Origin: Nitrospinales bacterium
Lineage (GTDB): Bacteria > Nitrospinota_A > UBA7883 > JACRGQ01
NCBI GenBank assembly: GCA_023248535.1
Contig: JAHFEJ010000002.1
Coordinates: 2,714-66,713, forward strand
DNA length: 64,000 nucleotides
Direction of reading: 5' to 3'
Positions 30,333 to 40,269 of this stretch are shown piece by piece; position 1 is the stretch's first letter, and each line of letters opens with the position of its first letter. Position numbers and translations under genes: made by a program. A model generated the notes under the pieces. The model was not told the DNA's origin. It saw only the letters and a list, made by a program, of their open reading frames with translations, and did not search any database.

Positions 30333-30851
30333 TTACAGCGCGGCGGGCATTTCATCCAGATCGCCGATCTCGTGAAACTCCGCCGCCAGGGTTTTCAGAT
30401 CGACTGTCGCCACGGTCGCCTTCCCGCTCAGCCAGCCCCCCCCTTCGCCGGGATTGAGCGTAAGCCGCCCGCCGTCGTGGGATGCGCGCGGTTTGTGCGT
30501 GTGGCCGTAAAGGATGAGGTCGTGCCGCGCGGCGCGCCGCAGCCCTTCCACCCGGTCCGGCTCGTGCAGCATTACGATCTTCCGGCCGCCAAGCTCCACC
30601 TCCATCGGCATGTCGCCCAGCGTCCATCCGTGCTCCGCCGCGAGCGCGCGCAGGCCTTTTTTCTCGCCGTCGTTGTTGCCGTACACGAGGTAGAGTTTCG
30701 GCTTCAACTCCTTGAACGGCAGCAGCGCGAAAGGGGCCACGAAGTCGCCGCAGTGCAGAACGGCATCCACCCCCGCGTTGTTGAAGTGGCGCACCGCGGC
30801 CTCGATCTTGGGCACGTTGTCATGCGTGTCGGATATCACGCCTATTTTCAT
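30333..30851 (-). CDS. YfcE-like metallophosphoesterase
   Basis: MKIGVISDTHDN, GD.V and GHTH motifs of calcineurin-like phosphoesterases. Confidence 0.8.
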   Translation of the reverse strand: MKIGVISDTHDNVPKIEAAVRHFNNAGVDAVLHCGDFVAPFALLPFKELKPKLYLVYGNNDGEKKGLRALAAEHGWTLGDMPMEVELGGRKIVMLHEPDRVEGLRRAARHDLILYGHTHKPRASHDGGRLTLNPGEGGGWLSGKATVATVDLKTLAAEFHEIGDLDEMPAAL

Positions 30852-31068
30852 GGTCATTCTCCGGTTGCGGATTTTTCCCATTATACATCACCCGAAAAAC
30901 CGGTCTTTTATAGACAATATGCCTTTACACACATAATTTTGTTGATGTTAACCGTGTTATATGCTAGATTTCGCCGCTTACATGGACATGTGGAAAACCG
31001 GTTCGTCGGCGCGCGGTGTGCCGGCAAACGTGACCGGACGGAACAATTTTTTGAGGAAAAAAGAAAAA

Positions 31069-31326
31069 ATGTTTAAGAAATTTGGCCTTTTGGCAGTGGT
31101 CGTGATGTTCGCGGGCGCGCTTGCAGTTCTTCCGGCTTGCGAGAAGAAAGAAGAAGCCCCGGCAGCTCCGGCCCCGGCGGCAGCCCCGGCTCCCGAAGCA
31201 GCCCCGGCAGCGGCTCCGGCTCCCGAAGCAGCCCCGGCAGCGGCTCCGGCTCCTGAAGCAGCCCCGGCAGCAGCCCCGGCCCCCGCAGCGGCACCGGCTC
31301 CGGCAGCAGCCCCGGCCCACAAGTAA
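31069..31326 (+). CDS. Small Ala/Pro-repeat lipoprotein
   Basis: Lipobox LPAC. Three 30-bp tandem nucleotide repeats encoding APEAAPAAAP. Confidence 0.6.
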   Translation: MFKKFGLLAVVVMFAGALAVLPACEKKEEAPAAPAPAAAPAPEAAPAAAPAPEAAPAAAPAPEAAPAAAPAPAAAPAPAAAPAHK

Positions 31327-31340
31327 GCCGATCCTTAAAA

Positions 31341-31369
31341 AGGGGGCGGATTTCCGCCCCCTTTTTTTT
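31341..31369 (+). terminator. Rho-independent terminator
   Basis: AGGGGGCGGA TTTC CGCCCCCT followed by T9. Confidence 0.85.
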
Positions 31370-31586
31370 CGCCTAATTTCAGCAATCAGCGTCTTTCCAT
31401 GCGCCATTACCGCACCGTTATATAATCATCCTGTGAACAATGCCGCCCGCGCGGAAATCTTTGGCGAAAAACTGCGCGCCGAAAACGGCGTGGCCGCGGC
31501 GATGGGCTTTATTGAAGACGCGCTCGCCAAGGCTTCCCGCCTCTATAAGGAGCCTTAAAATTGTATTAACAATAAGATGTTTCTAT

Positions 31587-31713
31587 AACCACAGAGACAC
31601 ACGAGACACAGAGAAAAACATCATCTTTTTTCCCCTTTTACGAAGGAGGGGAAAGAGGGGAATGCAACGGGTAAAAGACCCTTCCCCGTCTGTGCCTCCG
31701 TGCCTCTGTGGTT
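31587..31713. repeat. Palindromic intergenic element copy D
   Basis: AACCACAGAGACACACGAGACACAGAG...CTGTGCCTCCGTGCCTCTGTGGTT. The core contains a CCCCTTTTACGAAGGAGGGG hairpin. Confidence 0.7.
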
Positions 31714-31789
31714 TGTCCCATTATTTTTTGCCTGAATTATTTTGAGACCCTTGATAATTCTTCCCTCCGCAAACAAAGCGGGATAAATT

Positions 31790-33157
31790 ATGCGGATGAA
31801 TCTTGACGATACCATCGCCGCCATCGCCACCCCCGCGGGCGAAGGGGGGCTGGGGGTGATACGCGTTTCAGGCCCCAGCGCCCACCGCATCGCCGCCCCG
31901 CTTTTTTTCCGCAAAGGGGGAAAGCCGGGCGATCCGCTGGAATCGCACCGGCTTTACTTCGGCACGCTGCTCGGCGCGGCGGGGCCGGTGGACGAGGTCT
32001 GCGTGGTCTACATGCGATCGCCGCGCAGCTACACGCGGCAGGATATGGTGGAGATAAGCTGCCACGGCTCCCCCGCCGTGTTGCGCCGCGCCCTCAACAC
32101 GCTGCTGGAGGCCGGCGCGCGGATGGCCGAGCCGGGGGAATTCACCAAGCGGGCGTTTTTGAGCGGGCGCATCGACCTCAGCCAGGCCGAGGGGATCATC
32201 GATCTCATCAAGGCCCGCAGCGAGGGCGCGGCCCGCGCCGCGTTCGGGCTGATGCAGGGGGGGCTGTCGCAACGGATAGAGGCGGTGCGCCAAAAACTGG
32301 TATGGACCCTTTCGCACCTTGAAGCGTCCATCGATTTTCCCGACGAGGAGTTCATCACCGCCACCGATGACGAGCTGCGCAAAACGCTCACCGAGGCCGC
32401 GCGCCGACTGGACATCTTGATAAAAAGCTACGACGGCGGACGGTTTTTAAAGCACGGGCTTTCGCTTGCCATCATCGGCAAACCCAACGCGGGCAAATCA
32501 TCGCTGCTCAACGCGCTGCTGGAGGAAGAGCGGGCCATCGTGGCCGAAATCCCCGGTACTACGCGCGATCTCATCCGCGCCGAGGGGGAACTGGCCGGAC
32601 TGAAAGTGGAACTGATAGACACGGCGGGGCTGAACCCCGCGCCGGATGAGGTGGAAGCCGAGGGGATCCGCCGCGCATTGAAAGCCGCCGAGGGAGCCGA
32701 CGCGGTCATCGGCCTGTTCGACGGCGCGCGCGCATGGGAAGAAAGCGATACGAAAGTGTTGGAGGTGCTGAAAAAAGCGCGGCTCCATCTGGCGGTGATA
32801 AACAAGGCCGATATGCCGCAGCTTATCGCGTGGCCCGACGCCGCCCTGGCGCCGGTCAAAATATCGGTGAAAGAGATGCGCGGCCTCGACCAGCTTCTGA
32901 CAAAAATTGCGGCCTTCGCGCACGATGCTCAGGCGCTCAATCACGAAGAGCCGGTGGTGACGCGGGCGCGCCACCGCGAAATATTTTGCCGCATCGCCGG
33001 CGATTTGCGCCGCGCCGCCGATGAAATCGCGGCGGGGCGCGAACTGGCAGCCGCCAGCGTGTGGGACGCGCTGGAAGAGATAAAGCGGTTCACCGGTGAG
33101 TCGTACACCGAAGAGGTGCTTTCGGCCATCTTTGACGAATTCTGCGTGGGCAAGTGA
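31790..33157 (+). CDS. mnmE: tRNA modification GTPase MnmE
   Basis: 455 aa. G-domain GKPNAGKSSLLNAL. C-terminal C(V)GK motif. Confidence 0.9.
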   Translation: MRMNLDDTIAAIATPAGEGGLGVIRVSGPSAHRIAAPLFFRKGGKPGDPLESHRLYFGTLLGAAGPVDEVCVVYMRSPRSYTRQDMVEISCHGSPAVLRRALNTLLEAGARMAEPGEFTKRAFLSGRIDLSQAEGIIDLIKARSEGAARAAFGLMQGGLSQRIEAVRQKLVWTLSHLEASIDFPDEEFITATDDELRKTLTEAARRLDILIKSYDGGRFLKHGLSLAIIGKPNAGKSSLLNALLEEERAIVAEIPGTTRDLIRAEGELAGLKVELIDTAGLNPAPDEVEAEGIRRALKAAEGADAVIGLFDGARAWEESDTKVLEVLKKARLHLAVINKADMPQLIAWPDAALAPVKISVKEMRGLDQLLTKIAAFAHDAQALNHEEPVVTRARHREIFCRIAGDLRRAADEIAAGRELAAASVWDALEEIKRFTGESYTEEVLSAIFDEFCVGK

Positions 33158-33189
33158 AGCTATTGATCCCCGCATTTATAATGTCCCAT

Positions 33190-33240
33190 ACATGGGTGGC
33201 GCGGACACTCTTGTCCGCGTTGTGCCCGCAAGGGCACAAC
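33190..33240. other. Paired hairpins GGACACTCTTGTCC + GTGCCCGCAAGGGCAC (recurs at 48397-48430)
   Basis: The same two-hairpin arrangement with small substitutions occurs in a second intergenic region. Confidence 0.4.
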
Positions 33241-33347
33241 TGTTTAATTGCCGCGCGGGTATTGCGCGCCCTGCCGGACGCGCCACGGGCAAGAGTGCCC
33301 GTGCCACCAAATGCAACTTTCTTAAATAAAACATTATTTAACGCCCA

Positions 33348-35216
33348 ATGGCTATGAAGCGGTTTGACGTTATCGTGGCCGGGGGCGGCCACGCCGGATG
33401 CGAAGCGGCGCACGCCGCCGCGCGCCTCGGCTGCGCCACCGCGATGGTCGTCACCGACAGGCTCTCCATCGCCCGGATGAGCTGCAACCCCGCCATCGGC
33501 GGTCCCGGCAAAAGCCAGATCGTGCGCGAGATAGACGCGCTGGGCGGCCTGATGGCGCGCGTAACCGACCGCGCCGGGCTGCAATGGCGCACCCTCAACG
33601 GCGCCAAAGGGGCCGCCGTCCGCGCCTGCCGGGCGCAGGCCGACACCATCGAATACGAAACGGCGATGCGGGAAGAGCTGGCCGCCACGCCAAACCTTTC
33701 CATCATCGAAGGAACTGTAAAAGATATTCTGGCAAAGGACGGCGCGGTGCGCGGCGTTCTTTTGCTTTCTGGAGATGAGCTGGCGGCCAATGCGGTGATT
33801 CTATGCACCGGCACGTTCCTCAACGGCCTGTTGCACACCGGCCTTACGCAAACACCGGGGGGGCGCGTGGGCGAGGGGCCGTCGGCGCACCTTTCCGATT
33901 CGCTTAAAAAACTTGGCCTCACGCTTGGCCGCCTGAAAACCGGCACCCCCGCGCGGCTGCACAAGGATTCCATCAACTGGGATGCGGCCCAAGAACAGCC
34001 GGGCGACACGCCGCCGCCGCCGATGTCGTACTTCACCAAAAAGATCGGGCGCGAACAGTTGCCCTGCCACATCACCCACACCAACGCCCGCACGCACGAG
34101 ATCATCCGCACCGGGTTTGGCCGCTCGCCGCTGTTCACCGGCGTGATACAAGGGGTGGGGCCGCGCTACTGTCCCAGCATAGAGGACAAAGTGGTGCGCT
34201 TTCCCGAACGGCTTTCGCATCACATCTTCCTCGAGCCGGTCTCGCGCCACAACGATGAAATCTACCCCAATGGCATATCCACCTCTCTGCCGGAGGACAT
34301 TCAGGACGAATTCCTCCGCTCCATCCCCGGCCTCGAAGAGGTAAAGGTCATCCGCTACGGCTACGCGGTGGAATACGATTTTGTGCCGCCAACGCAAACC
34401 TACCCCACGCTGGAATCGAAGGCGGTGGGCGGCCTCTATCTGGCGGGACAGATCAACGGCACCAGCGGATACGAGGAGGCGGCGGGGCAAGGGCTGTTGG
34501 CCGGCATCAACGCCGCCCGCAAGGTGCGCGGCGAAGAGCCGGTCATTTTGTCACGCGCTGAAAGCTACATCGGCGTGATGGTGGACGACCTCACCACCCT
34601 CGGCACCGAAGAGCCGTACCGCATGTTCACCAGCCGCGCCGAACACCGCTTGGTGATGCGGCAGGATAACGCCGACCAGCGGCTGTGCGAACTGGGCCGC
34701 ATCATCGGCCTGTTGCGAGAAGAACAGTATCGGGAATATCGGGAAAGGCAGGGGCGGATTCAATCGCTGGTGAAGCGGTTGCGGGGGGAGTTTCTCAATC
34801 CCACGCCGGAAACAATGACTTTGCTGCGCAATAGCGGACTCCCGCCGGTGGAGATGTCCATCGGCATCGCTCAATACATGAAACGCCCTGATGTGGCGCT
34901 GAAACGCGACTCCGTCTTTGGCGATCTGGCGGCATTCGACGATGCCGACATCGAGCGGGCCGAAACGGAGATAAAATACGAAGGGTACATCGCCCGGCAA
35001 AACCGCTGGATAGAGCAGATGGGGAAGATTGAGAACATGCCGCTGGAAAAAGAAATGAATTACATCGGCATCTCCGGCCTCTCCGTCGAGCTGCAACAAA
35101 AGTTGGAAAAGGTGAAACCGCTCACCTTCGGTCGGGCGTCGCGCATCGCCGGCATGACCCCTGCCGCGCTCTCCATCTTGATGATCCATCTCAAAACACG
35201 GGGACGAAATGTTTAG
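33348..35216 (+). CDS. mnmG: tRNA uridine 5-carboxymethylaminomethyl modification enzyme MnmG (GidA)
   Basis: 622 aa. FAD-binding DVIVAGGGHAGCEAA. Conserved GidA C-terminal domain. Confidence 0.92.
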   Translation: MAMKRFDVIVAGGGHAGCEAAHAAARLGCATAMVVTDRLSIARMSCNPAIGGPGKSQIVREIDALGGLMARVTDRAGLQWRTLNGAKGAAVRACRAQADTIEYETAMREELAATPNLSIIEGTVKDILAKDGAVRGVLLLSGDELAANAVILCTGTFLNGLLHTGLTQTPGGRVGEGPSAHLSDSLKKLGLTLGRLKTGTPARLHKDSINWDAAQEQPGDTPPPPMSYFTKKIGREQLPCHITHTNARTHEIIRTGFGRSPLFTGVIQGVGPRYCPSIEDKVVRFPERLSHHIFLEPVSRHNDEIYPNGISTSLPEDIQDEFLRSIPGLEEVKVIRYGYAVEYDFVPPTQTYPTLESKAVGGLYLAGQINGTSGYEEAAGQGLLAGINAARKVRGEEPVILSRAESYIGVMVDDLTTLGTEEPYRMFTSRAEHRLVMRQDNADQRLCELGRIIGLLREEQYREYRERQGRIQSLVKRLRGEFLNPTPETMTLLRNSGLPPVEMSIGIAQYMKRPDVALKRDSVFGDLAAFDDADIERAETEIKYEGYIARQNRWIEQMGKIENMPLEKEMNYIGISGLSVELQQKLEKVKPLTFGRASRIAGMTPAALSILMIHLKTRGRNV

Positions 35217-35219
35217 AGT

Positions 35220-35558
35220 AACCACAGAGGCACAGAGACACAGACGGGAAAGGTGCGGCATAACCCGAAAGGTTGTCATACTGAGGGAGCGCTGGCGACC
35301 GAAGTATCTCTTTCCGGCAAGAGCGCTGAAGGTTTTCTCTGTGTCTCCGTGCCTCAGTGGTGATTTCTCATTTTCATATCGGCACCATAATGTTTGGAAT
35401 AACCACCGAGACACAGAGCCACAGACGGGAAAGGGGCGGCATAACTTGGAAGGTTGTCATACTGAGGGAGCACTGGCGACCGAAGTATCTCTTTCCGGCA
35501 AGAGCGCTGAAGGTTTTCTCCGTGCCTCCGTGCCTCTGTGTCTCCGTGCCTCTGTGTT
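35220..35558. repeat. Tandem pair of palindromic elements (E1 35220-35362, E2 35401-35558) sharing an ~95-bp conserved core
   Basis: Both copies carry GACGGGAAAGG(T/G)GCGGCATAAC...GGTTGTCATACTGAGGGAGC(G/A)CTGGCGACCGAAGTATCTCTTTCCGGCAAGAGCGCTGAAGGTTTTCTC between the family TIRs. About 90% identity. Lies between mnmG and rsmG. Confidence 0.8.
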
Positions 35559-35590
35559 TATTTTTTCCCTACGCATGATGCAAGGTTGCC

Positions 35591-36139
35591 ATGACAGATA
35601 AACTCATCACGCGCTATCTGGACGAGCTTTACCGCTGGAATGAAAAGGTGAACCTCACCTCTGTCGCGCGGGAAAAGGCCCACGCGGTGCTCATCGAGCC
35701 GTCGTTCGCGATGGCGGAGTTCTTTCCGCCGGGGGATACGCTGGAGATTTTCGACATCGGCAGCGGCGGCGGACTTCCCGCCATCCCGCTCGCCGTGCGC
35801 CATCCGCGGCACCGTTTCACTCTGGTGGAATCGGACCGGAAGAAGGCGGTTTTTTTACAGCACGCCGCCGGTCTGCTGGGATTGAAAAACGTGCGGGTGC
35901 TGAACGAGCGGAGCGAAAAGGTTTCGCAAGACCCCGCTTGCCGCGGAACCGCCGATGTTGTAACCTCGCGCGCCGTGAAGAGGGAAGATGTTTTTGCCGC
36001 CGCCGACGGCCTGTTGAAACCATCGGGCCGCGTCATCATCCACCACACCCCCGACGCCCCGGAAGTGGCCTCCGGTTACCACCTTTACGGCAAAATCCCC
36101 TCCGCCGACTGCTTCACCCGCCATCTCACCGCCCCATAA
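35591..36139 (+). CDS. rsmG: 16S rRNA (guanine527-N7)-methyltransferase RsmG (GidB)
   Basis: 182 aa. SAM-binding DIGSGGGLP motif. Conserved mnmG-rsmG synteny. Confidence 0.88.
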   Translation: MTDKLITRYLDELYRWNEKVNLTSVAREKAHAVLIEPSFAMAEFFPPGDTLEIFDIGSGGGLPAIPLAVRHPRHRFTLVESDRKKAVFLQHAAGLLGLKNVRVLNERSEKVSQDPACRGTADVVTSRAVKREDVFAAADGLLKPSGRVIIHHTPDAPEVASGYHLYGKIPSADCFTRHLTAP

Positions 36140-36539
36140 ATGCCACTATCCGCTTTACCAATAACGGCGTTTTTTTAATCTGGCATTCCCAAATCACAAG
36201 CGTTTTCCAACCCTGTTTTTTCAGCGCTAGAAGGTTTTTTTGGTCACGTTCTTTGTTTCTTGATAACTTTGCCTTCCAATACTTGATATTCGATTTTGGC
36301 ATGTGTGCGATGCCACATTGATTACTTTCATGTGTGTGCCAAAAGCATCCATGGACGAAAATGGCTTTTTTTCCGCTTCTAAACACCAAGTCCGGCTTGC
36401 CGGGCAAATCGGAAGCATGAAGGCGGTAACGGTAACCAAGTTGATAAACGGTTTTTCTTACGGCGATTTCAGGCTTCATCCCCTTGCCCCGGATGCGCCG
36501 CATGTTCTCGCTTCGCGCGTCGGGGGTGAGCTTATCCAT
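36126..36539 (-). CDS. vsr: Very-short-patch repair endonuclease
   Basis: 137 aa. Vsr motifs (PDLVF, FVHGCFWH). 8-nt overlap with the HNH gene. Confidence 0.88.
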   Translation of the reverse strand: MDKLTPDARSENMRRIRGKGMKPEIAVRKTVYQLGYRYRLHASDLPGKPDLVFRSGKKAIFVHGCFWHTHESNQCGIAHMPKSNIKYWKAKLSRNKERDQKNLLALKKQGWKTLVIWECQIKKTPLLVKRIVAFMGR

Positions 36540-37125
36540 CCTTCAGTTGTTTTTTGGCATCCTTGGGAAACTTGCCGATAAGCCAATTCAATACTGAAAT
36601 CTGATCAGTGGCCGGTGCTCTGCGGATTTGCGCCAACAATTTGCTGGCCGAAGGACGCTCAAGCGTAATATTGGCCGCCCCTTCATTGCAGACGGAACAA
36701 ATGGCGCGCAGGTTGGATGGATCGTCATCGCCACCTAATGATTTATCTTTAACGTGGCCTATGTGCAACCGGGTCTTGCGGGTGGGGTCATAAGGATGGG
36801 GTTCTCCGGCTGCCGCCCCGCACATCTGGCAGGTATACCCGTTTCGATCCAGAACAAGGGCGCGGGTTTCTTTTGATATTTCGCGGGCAAAGGCGGGCAC
36901 CGGCTTGGGGTTCTCAAGCAGATAGTCCCCCGGTTTCAAATTGCTCCGGTCATTGTGGGTCAGTATTTGGTATCCCTCTTCCGTGCGCAGTTCCCGGACT
37001 CTCCTTGCCCACTCGCTGGTGTTGCCCGCGATTTTTCTTAATTCATCCGAAGACATGACTTTGCCTATATTTTTCAGAAAATGTGCCCGGAGTTTCGCCC
37101 TCGCGCCATTTGATTTCTTTTTCAT
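36532..37125 (-). CDS. HNH nuclease, putative restriction endonuclease of a Type II R-M system
   Basis: 197 aa. CxxC...HIGH...N...CxxC HNH core (CQMCG, HIGHVKDKS, CSVCN). Sandwiched between the m5C MTase and vsr. Confidence 0.65.
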   Translation of the reverse strand: MKKKSNGARAKLRAHFLKNIGKVMSSDELRKIAGNTSEWARRVRELRTEEGYQILTHNDRSNLKPGDYLLENPKPVPAFAREISKETRALVLDRNGYTCQMCGAAAGEPHPYDPTRKTRLHIGHVKDKSLGGDDDPSNLRAICSVCNEGAANITLERPSASKLLAQIRRAPATDQISVLNWLIGKFPKDAKKQLKDG

Positions 37126-37129
37126 AATC

Positions 37130-38083
37130 TTAGCTTGCCACCTGAACCAATTGCCGCCTGGTCAGGCACTTTACCAACTGTTGTGCAACTGCGTGAGCCA
37201 CCGGAGAGGGAAAAGCGTTTCCCACTTGACGGTAGGCGGGGGTTTTTTTTCCATGAAATTGCCAGTCATCCGGGAAACCTTGTATGCGTGCCACCATTCG
37301 CACCGTCAGCCGGGGCATGCCGATAAAATCCTTGGCCGGGGCTTCATCCACAATGCCCCGGCCATCGACCCCCAATGCGGCCCACGCTTTTCTTGCCCTT
37401 GTCGGCCCCAAATCCGGCCCGCCATGCTTAAGGGAACCGCCAACTATCGTTGGCGCGATCTCATTGGCTTGTTTGGCCCAGTTTTTTGCGCCCTTCCATC
37501 CATTGAAGGCCATAAGGTCATATAGCGTTTCGCCAACAGTGGGGGGATGGGCCGATAATCTGAAAGGCCACGAAAAATTTTCCCATAAGTCAGATTTAAG
37601 GGCCACAAAGATAACGCGGGGCCGCAACTGCGGCACCCCGAAATCACTGGCATTGAGCAAAGCCCAATCGGTTTTATAACCAAGTTTTTTTAGTTCTTTG
37701 GCGACGTACAGGCGGTAATCCTGAAAGACGGCGTCCAGTATTCCCCGGACATTTTCAATCATTACCGCGCGAGGCCTGATTTCATCAACCAGCCTGATGG
37801 CGGCTGGAAAAAGATTGCGTTCATCATCTTCGCCCAATTGCTTTCCCGCCTTTGAAAACGGAGGACAGGGCAACCCCCCGGCGAACAGATCAACCCCTTT
37901 GTACGGCTTGCCGTTAAACTCCTTGATATTTTCCTGCAAGACGTTCCACTGAGGGCGGTTAAGCGTTAGGGTGTTGCAAGCGTTTTTATCAAGTTCGACA
38001 AGAGCCTGATGATCGAAGCCGGCTTTTTCAAGCCCAATAGCTTGTCCCCCCGCCCCGGCGCATACCTCAACTGAAGTCAGCAT
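37130..38083 (-). CDS. DNA (cytosine-5)-methyltransferase
   Basis: 317 aa. Motif I (EVCAGAGG), motif IV (GLPCPPFS), motif VI (ENV) and motif X. Confidence 0.9.
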   Translation of the reverse strand: MLTSVEVCAGAGGQAIGLEKAGFDHQALVELDKNACNTLTLNRPQWNVLQENIKEFNGKPYKGVDLFAGGLPCPPFSKAGKQLGEDDERNLFPAAIRLVDEIRPRAVMIENVRGILDAVFQDYRLYVAKELKKLGYKTDWALLNASDFGVPQLRPRVIFVALKSDLWENFSWPFRLSAHPPTVGETLYDLMAFNGWKGAKNWAKQANEIAPTIVGGSLKHGGPDLGPTRARKAWAALGVDGRGIVDEAPAKDFIGMPRLTVRMVARIQGFPDDWQFHGKKTPAYRQVGNAFPSPVAHAVAQQLVKCLTRRQLVQVAS

Positions 38084-38123
38084 ATTGGCAATATTCTAAC
38101 AGCATTTTCATTTTACCGCCTCG

Positions 38124-38357
38124 CTACGGATGGGATGTGCCGGGATTGGGAGGCTTTTGCCGCTGCTCGAAGGCGAGGCAGGATGACCCGGAATTTTGCA
38201 GCACATCCAGCTGCGGCCTCCGTTTGCTCTTGAAACCGATCGCGCGGCAGCCATGGGGAAAATTCACGTCCCAGGTGATGTGGTAGTAGGCGCATTGCAA
38301 ACAGTTGGGTGCCTGCTCCTTTGCCTGCTTTTTCGGTTTTGTCATCGGCCCTGCCAT
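38124..38357 (-). CDS. Small Cys-containing hypothetical protein (~77 aa)
   Basis: AAGGAGA Shine-Dalgarno 6 nt before ATG 38357. Cys/His pattern CLQCAYYH...HGC...C. Directly upstream of the R-M operon. Confidence 0.4.
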   Translation of the reverse strand: MAGPMTKPKKQAKEQAPNCLQCAYYHITWDVNFPHGCRAIGFKSKRRPQLDVLQNSGSSCLAFEQRQKPPNPGTSHP

Positions 38358-38675
38358 TCTCCTTGCCCGGCGTAAATTTATCTGTCCAACTATAGACCGT
38401 CCCCCCATGCGAAACAAAGATGGATAGTCAACACCGCTTGGCGGTTTTGGCGGAATTGGGAGAATTGGCGCTTCGGCAACCGGGCTGACGGGCAGTCTCA
38501 CCCGGCGAGCGAGGCGTTTTTCACCAGGCCGCGATGCGGTGGATTTGGCGCGCTTGGCGTTTTTGCACGAAAAGCATGAAGAATCCGCCCCGAAAAAAGC
38601 GGTAGAAATCCCCCTCCTCCCAAAATCCCAAAAATAATGTTCCCCCCTCCGCTCCGCGCGCGGTAAAATCGACCC

Positions 38676-39257
38676 ATGTTGCTAATGATCGATAACTACG
38701 ATTCTTTCACCTACAACCTCGTTCAGTATTTCCTGGAACTGGGGCAGACGGTGGAGACCTTCCGTAACGATGCCATCTCCATCGCCGATATAGAGGCGCT
38801 GAAACCCGAATACATCGTCATCTCCCCCGGTCCCTGCACCCCAAACGAGGCCGGCATATCGCTTGCCGTGGTGGAAAAGCTGCAGGGAAAGTACCCGATA
38901 CTGGGGGTCTGCCTTGGTCATCAGTCGATTTGCCAGGCCTTTGGCGGAAAGATCGTAAAAGCCAAAAAACTGATGCACGGAAAAACATCGAACATCATTC
39001 ACGACCGAAGAACCATTTTTTCAAACATTCCCAGCCCCTTTACTGCCACCCGATATCACTCGCTGGTGGCCGAAAGGGAGGGCCTGCCTGAAGACCTTGA
39101 GATATCGGCCTACGATGACGAACTCCATGAAATCATGGCCGTCCGGCACAAGACACTCCCCATAGAGGGGGTGCAGTTCCACCCGGAATCTATACTTACT
39201 GATCACGGAAAAAGTATTATAAGTAACTTTTTGACTATATATGGGTCAAAAGCATGA
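38676..39257 (+). CDS. trpG: Anthranilate/aminodeoxychorismate synthase glutamine amidotransferase component
   Basis: 193 aa class I GATase. Catalytic GVCLGHQ Cys and HPES His/Glu. Confidence 0.88.
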   Translation: MLLMIDNYDSFTYNLVQYFLELGQTVETFRNDAISIADIEALKPEYIVISPGPCTPNEAGISLAVVEKLQGKYPILGVCLGHQSICQAFGGKIVKAKKLMHGKTSNIIHDRRTIFSNIPSPFTATRYHSLVAEREGLPEDLEISAYDDELHEIMAVRHKTLPIEGVQFHPESILTDHGKSIISNFLTIYGSKA

Positions 39258-40267
39258 TAAAAGAAGCAATTTCAAAGATTATTGCCAGCCAAGACCTGCC
39301 AGAGGCGGAGATGGTTCAGGTCATGGAAGAGATCATGACCGGGGCAGCCACCCCCGCCCAGATCGGCGCTTTTCTCATCGCTCTTCGGATAAAAGGGGAG
39401 ACGGTGGACGAGATAACCGGTGCTGCGTGGGTGATGCGGGAGAAAGCGGTGAAGATCGACACGCCCGCTGGCAAAACGGTCGTTGATACCTGCGGCACCG
39501 GCGGAGATTCATCCGGGACGTTCAACATCTCCACCACAGCCGCTTTCATCACCGCTGGCGCGGGATTGGTCGTGGCGAAACATGGGAACAAATCGGTCTC
39601 CAGTAAATCGGGCAGCGCCGATCTTTTGCAAGCCCTCGGCATTAACATCGAAGCCGAGCAGAGCCGCGTGGAAGAGTGCCTGCGGCAGTGCGGAATAGGC
39701 TTTCTTTTTGCCCCGATGATGCATGGAGCGATGAAATACGCCATCGGCCCTCGCAGAGAGATAGGGGTGAGAACAATATTCAATCTGCTGGGTCCGCTCA
39801 CCAATCCGGCCGGTGCCGAAAACCAGGTGATCGGGGTTTATTCCGATACCCTTACCGAGCCATTGGCCAACGTGTTGAAAAGGTTGGGATCAAAGCATGT
39901 TTTTGTGGTACACGGACACGATGGTTTGGATGAATTGACCCTCACGGCCAAAAGCCGGGTGAGCGAGCTGAAAGATGGAAAAGTAACGACTTATGATTTC
40001 GATCCGCGGGAATACGGCTTTTCTTATTGCAGTCCGGCGGATTTAAAAGGGGAAGACCCGCAAGCCAACGCCAAAATCACCCTTGGAATCCTGAAAGGGG
40101 AAGAAAAGGGGCCAAAAAGGGACATTTCGGTTTTGAATGCGGCTTTTTCAATTGTGGCCGGGGGCAAGGCGAATAGTATTAAAGATGGGGTGGAACTTGC
40201 AAAAACATCCATCGCATCTGGTGCAGCACTGTCGAAACTGGAAGAGATGAGACGCCTTACGAATTAG
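39254..40267 (+). CDS. trpD: Anthranilate phosphoribosyltransferase
   Basis: 337 aa. GTGGD and KHGN motifs. ATGA overlap with trpG. Confidence 0.9.
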   Translation: MIKEAISKIIASQDLPEAEMVQVMEEIMTGAATPAQIGAFLIALRIKGETVDEITGAAWVMREKAVKIDTPAGKTVVDTCGTGGDSSGTFNISTTAAFITAGAGLVVAKHGNKSVSSKSGSADLLQALGINIEAEQSRVEECLRQCGIGFLFAPMMHGAMKYAIGPRREIGVRTIFNLLGPLTNPAGAENQVIGVYSDTLTEPLANVLKRLGSKHVFVVHGHDGLDELTLTAKSRVSELKDGKVTTYDFDPREYGFSYCSPADLKGEDPQANAKITLGILKGEEKGPKRDISVLNAAFSIVAGGKANSIKDGVELAKTSIASGAALSKLEEMRRLTN

Positions 40268-40269
40268 CG

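Noticed and set aside
31432-31557. 41-codon GTG-initiated ORF (VNNAARAEIFGEKLRAENGVAAAMGFIEDALAKASRLYKEP) after the AP-repeat lipoprotein terminator
   Set aside because: It has a TATATAAT-like -10 upstream, but no convincing RBS and no homology cue. Kept only as a note.
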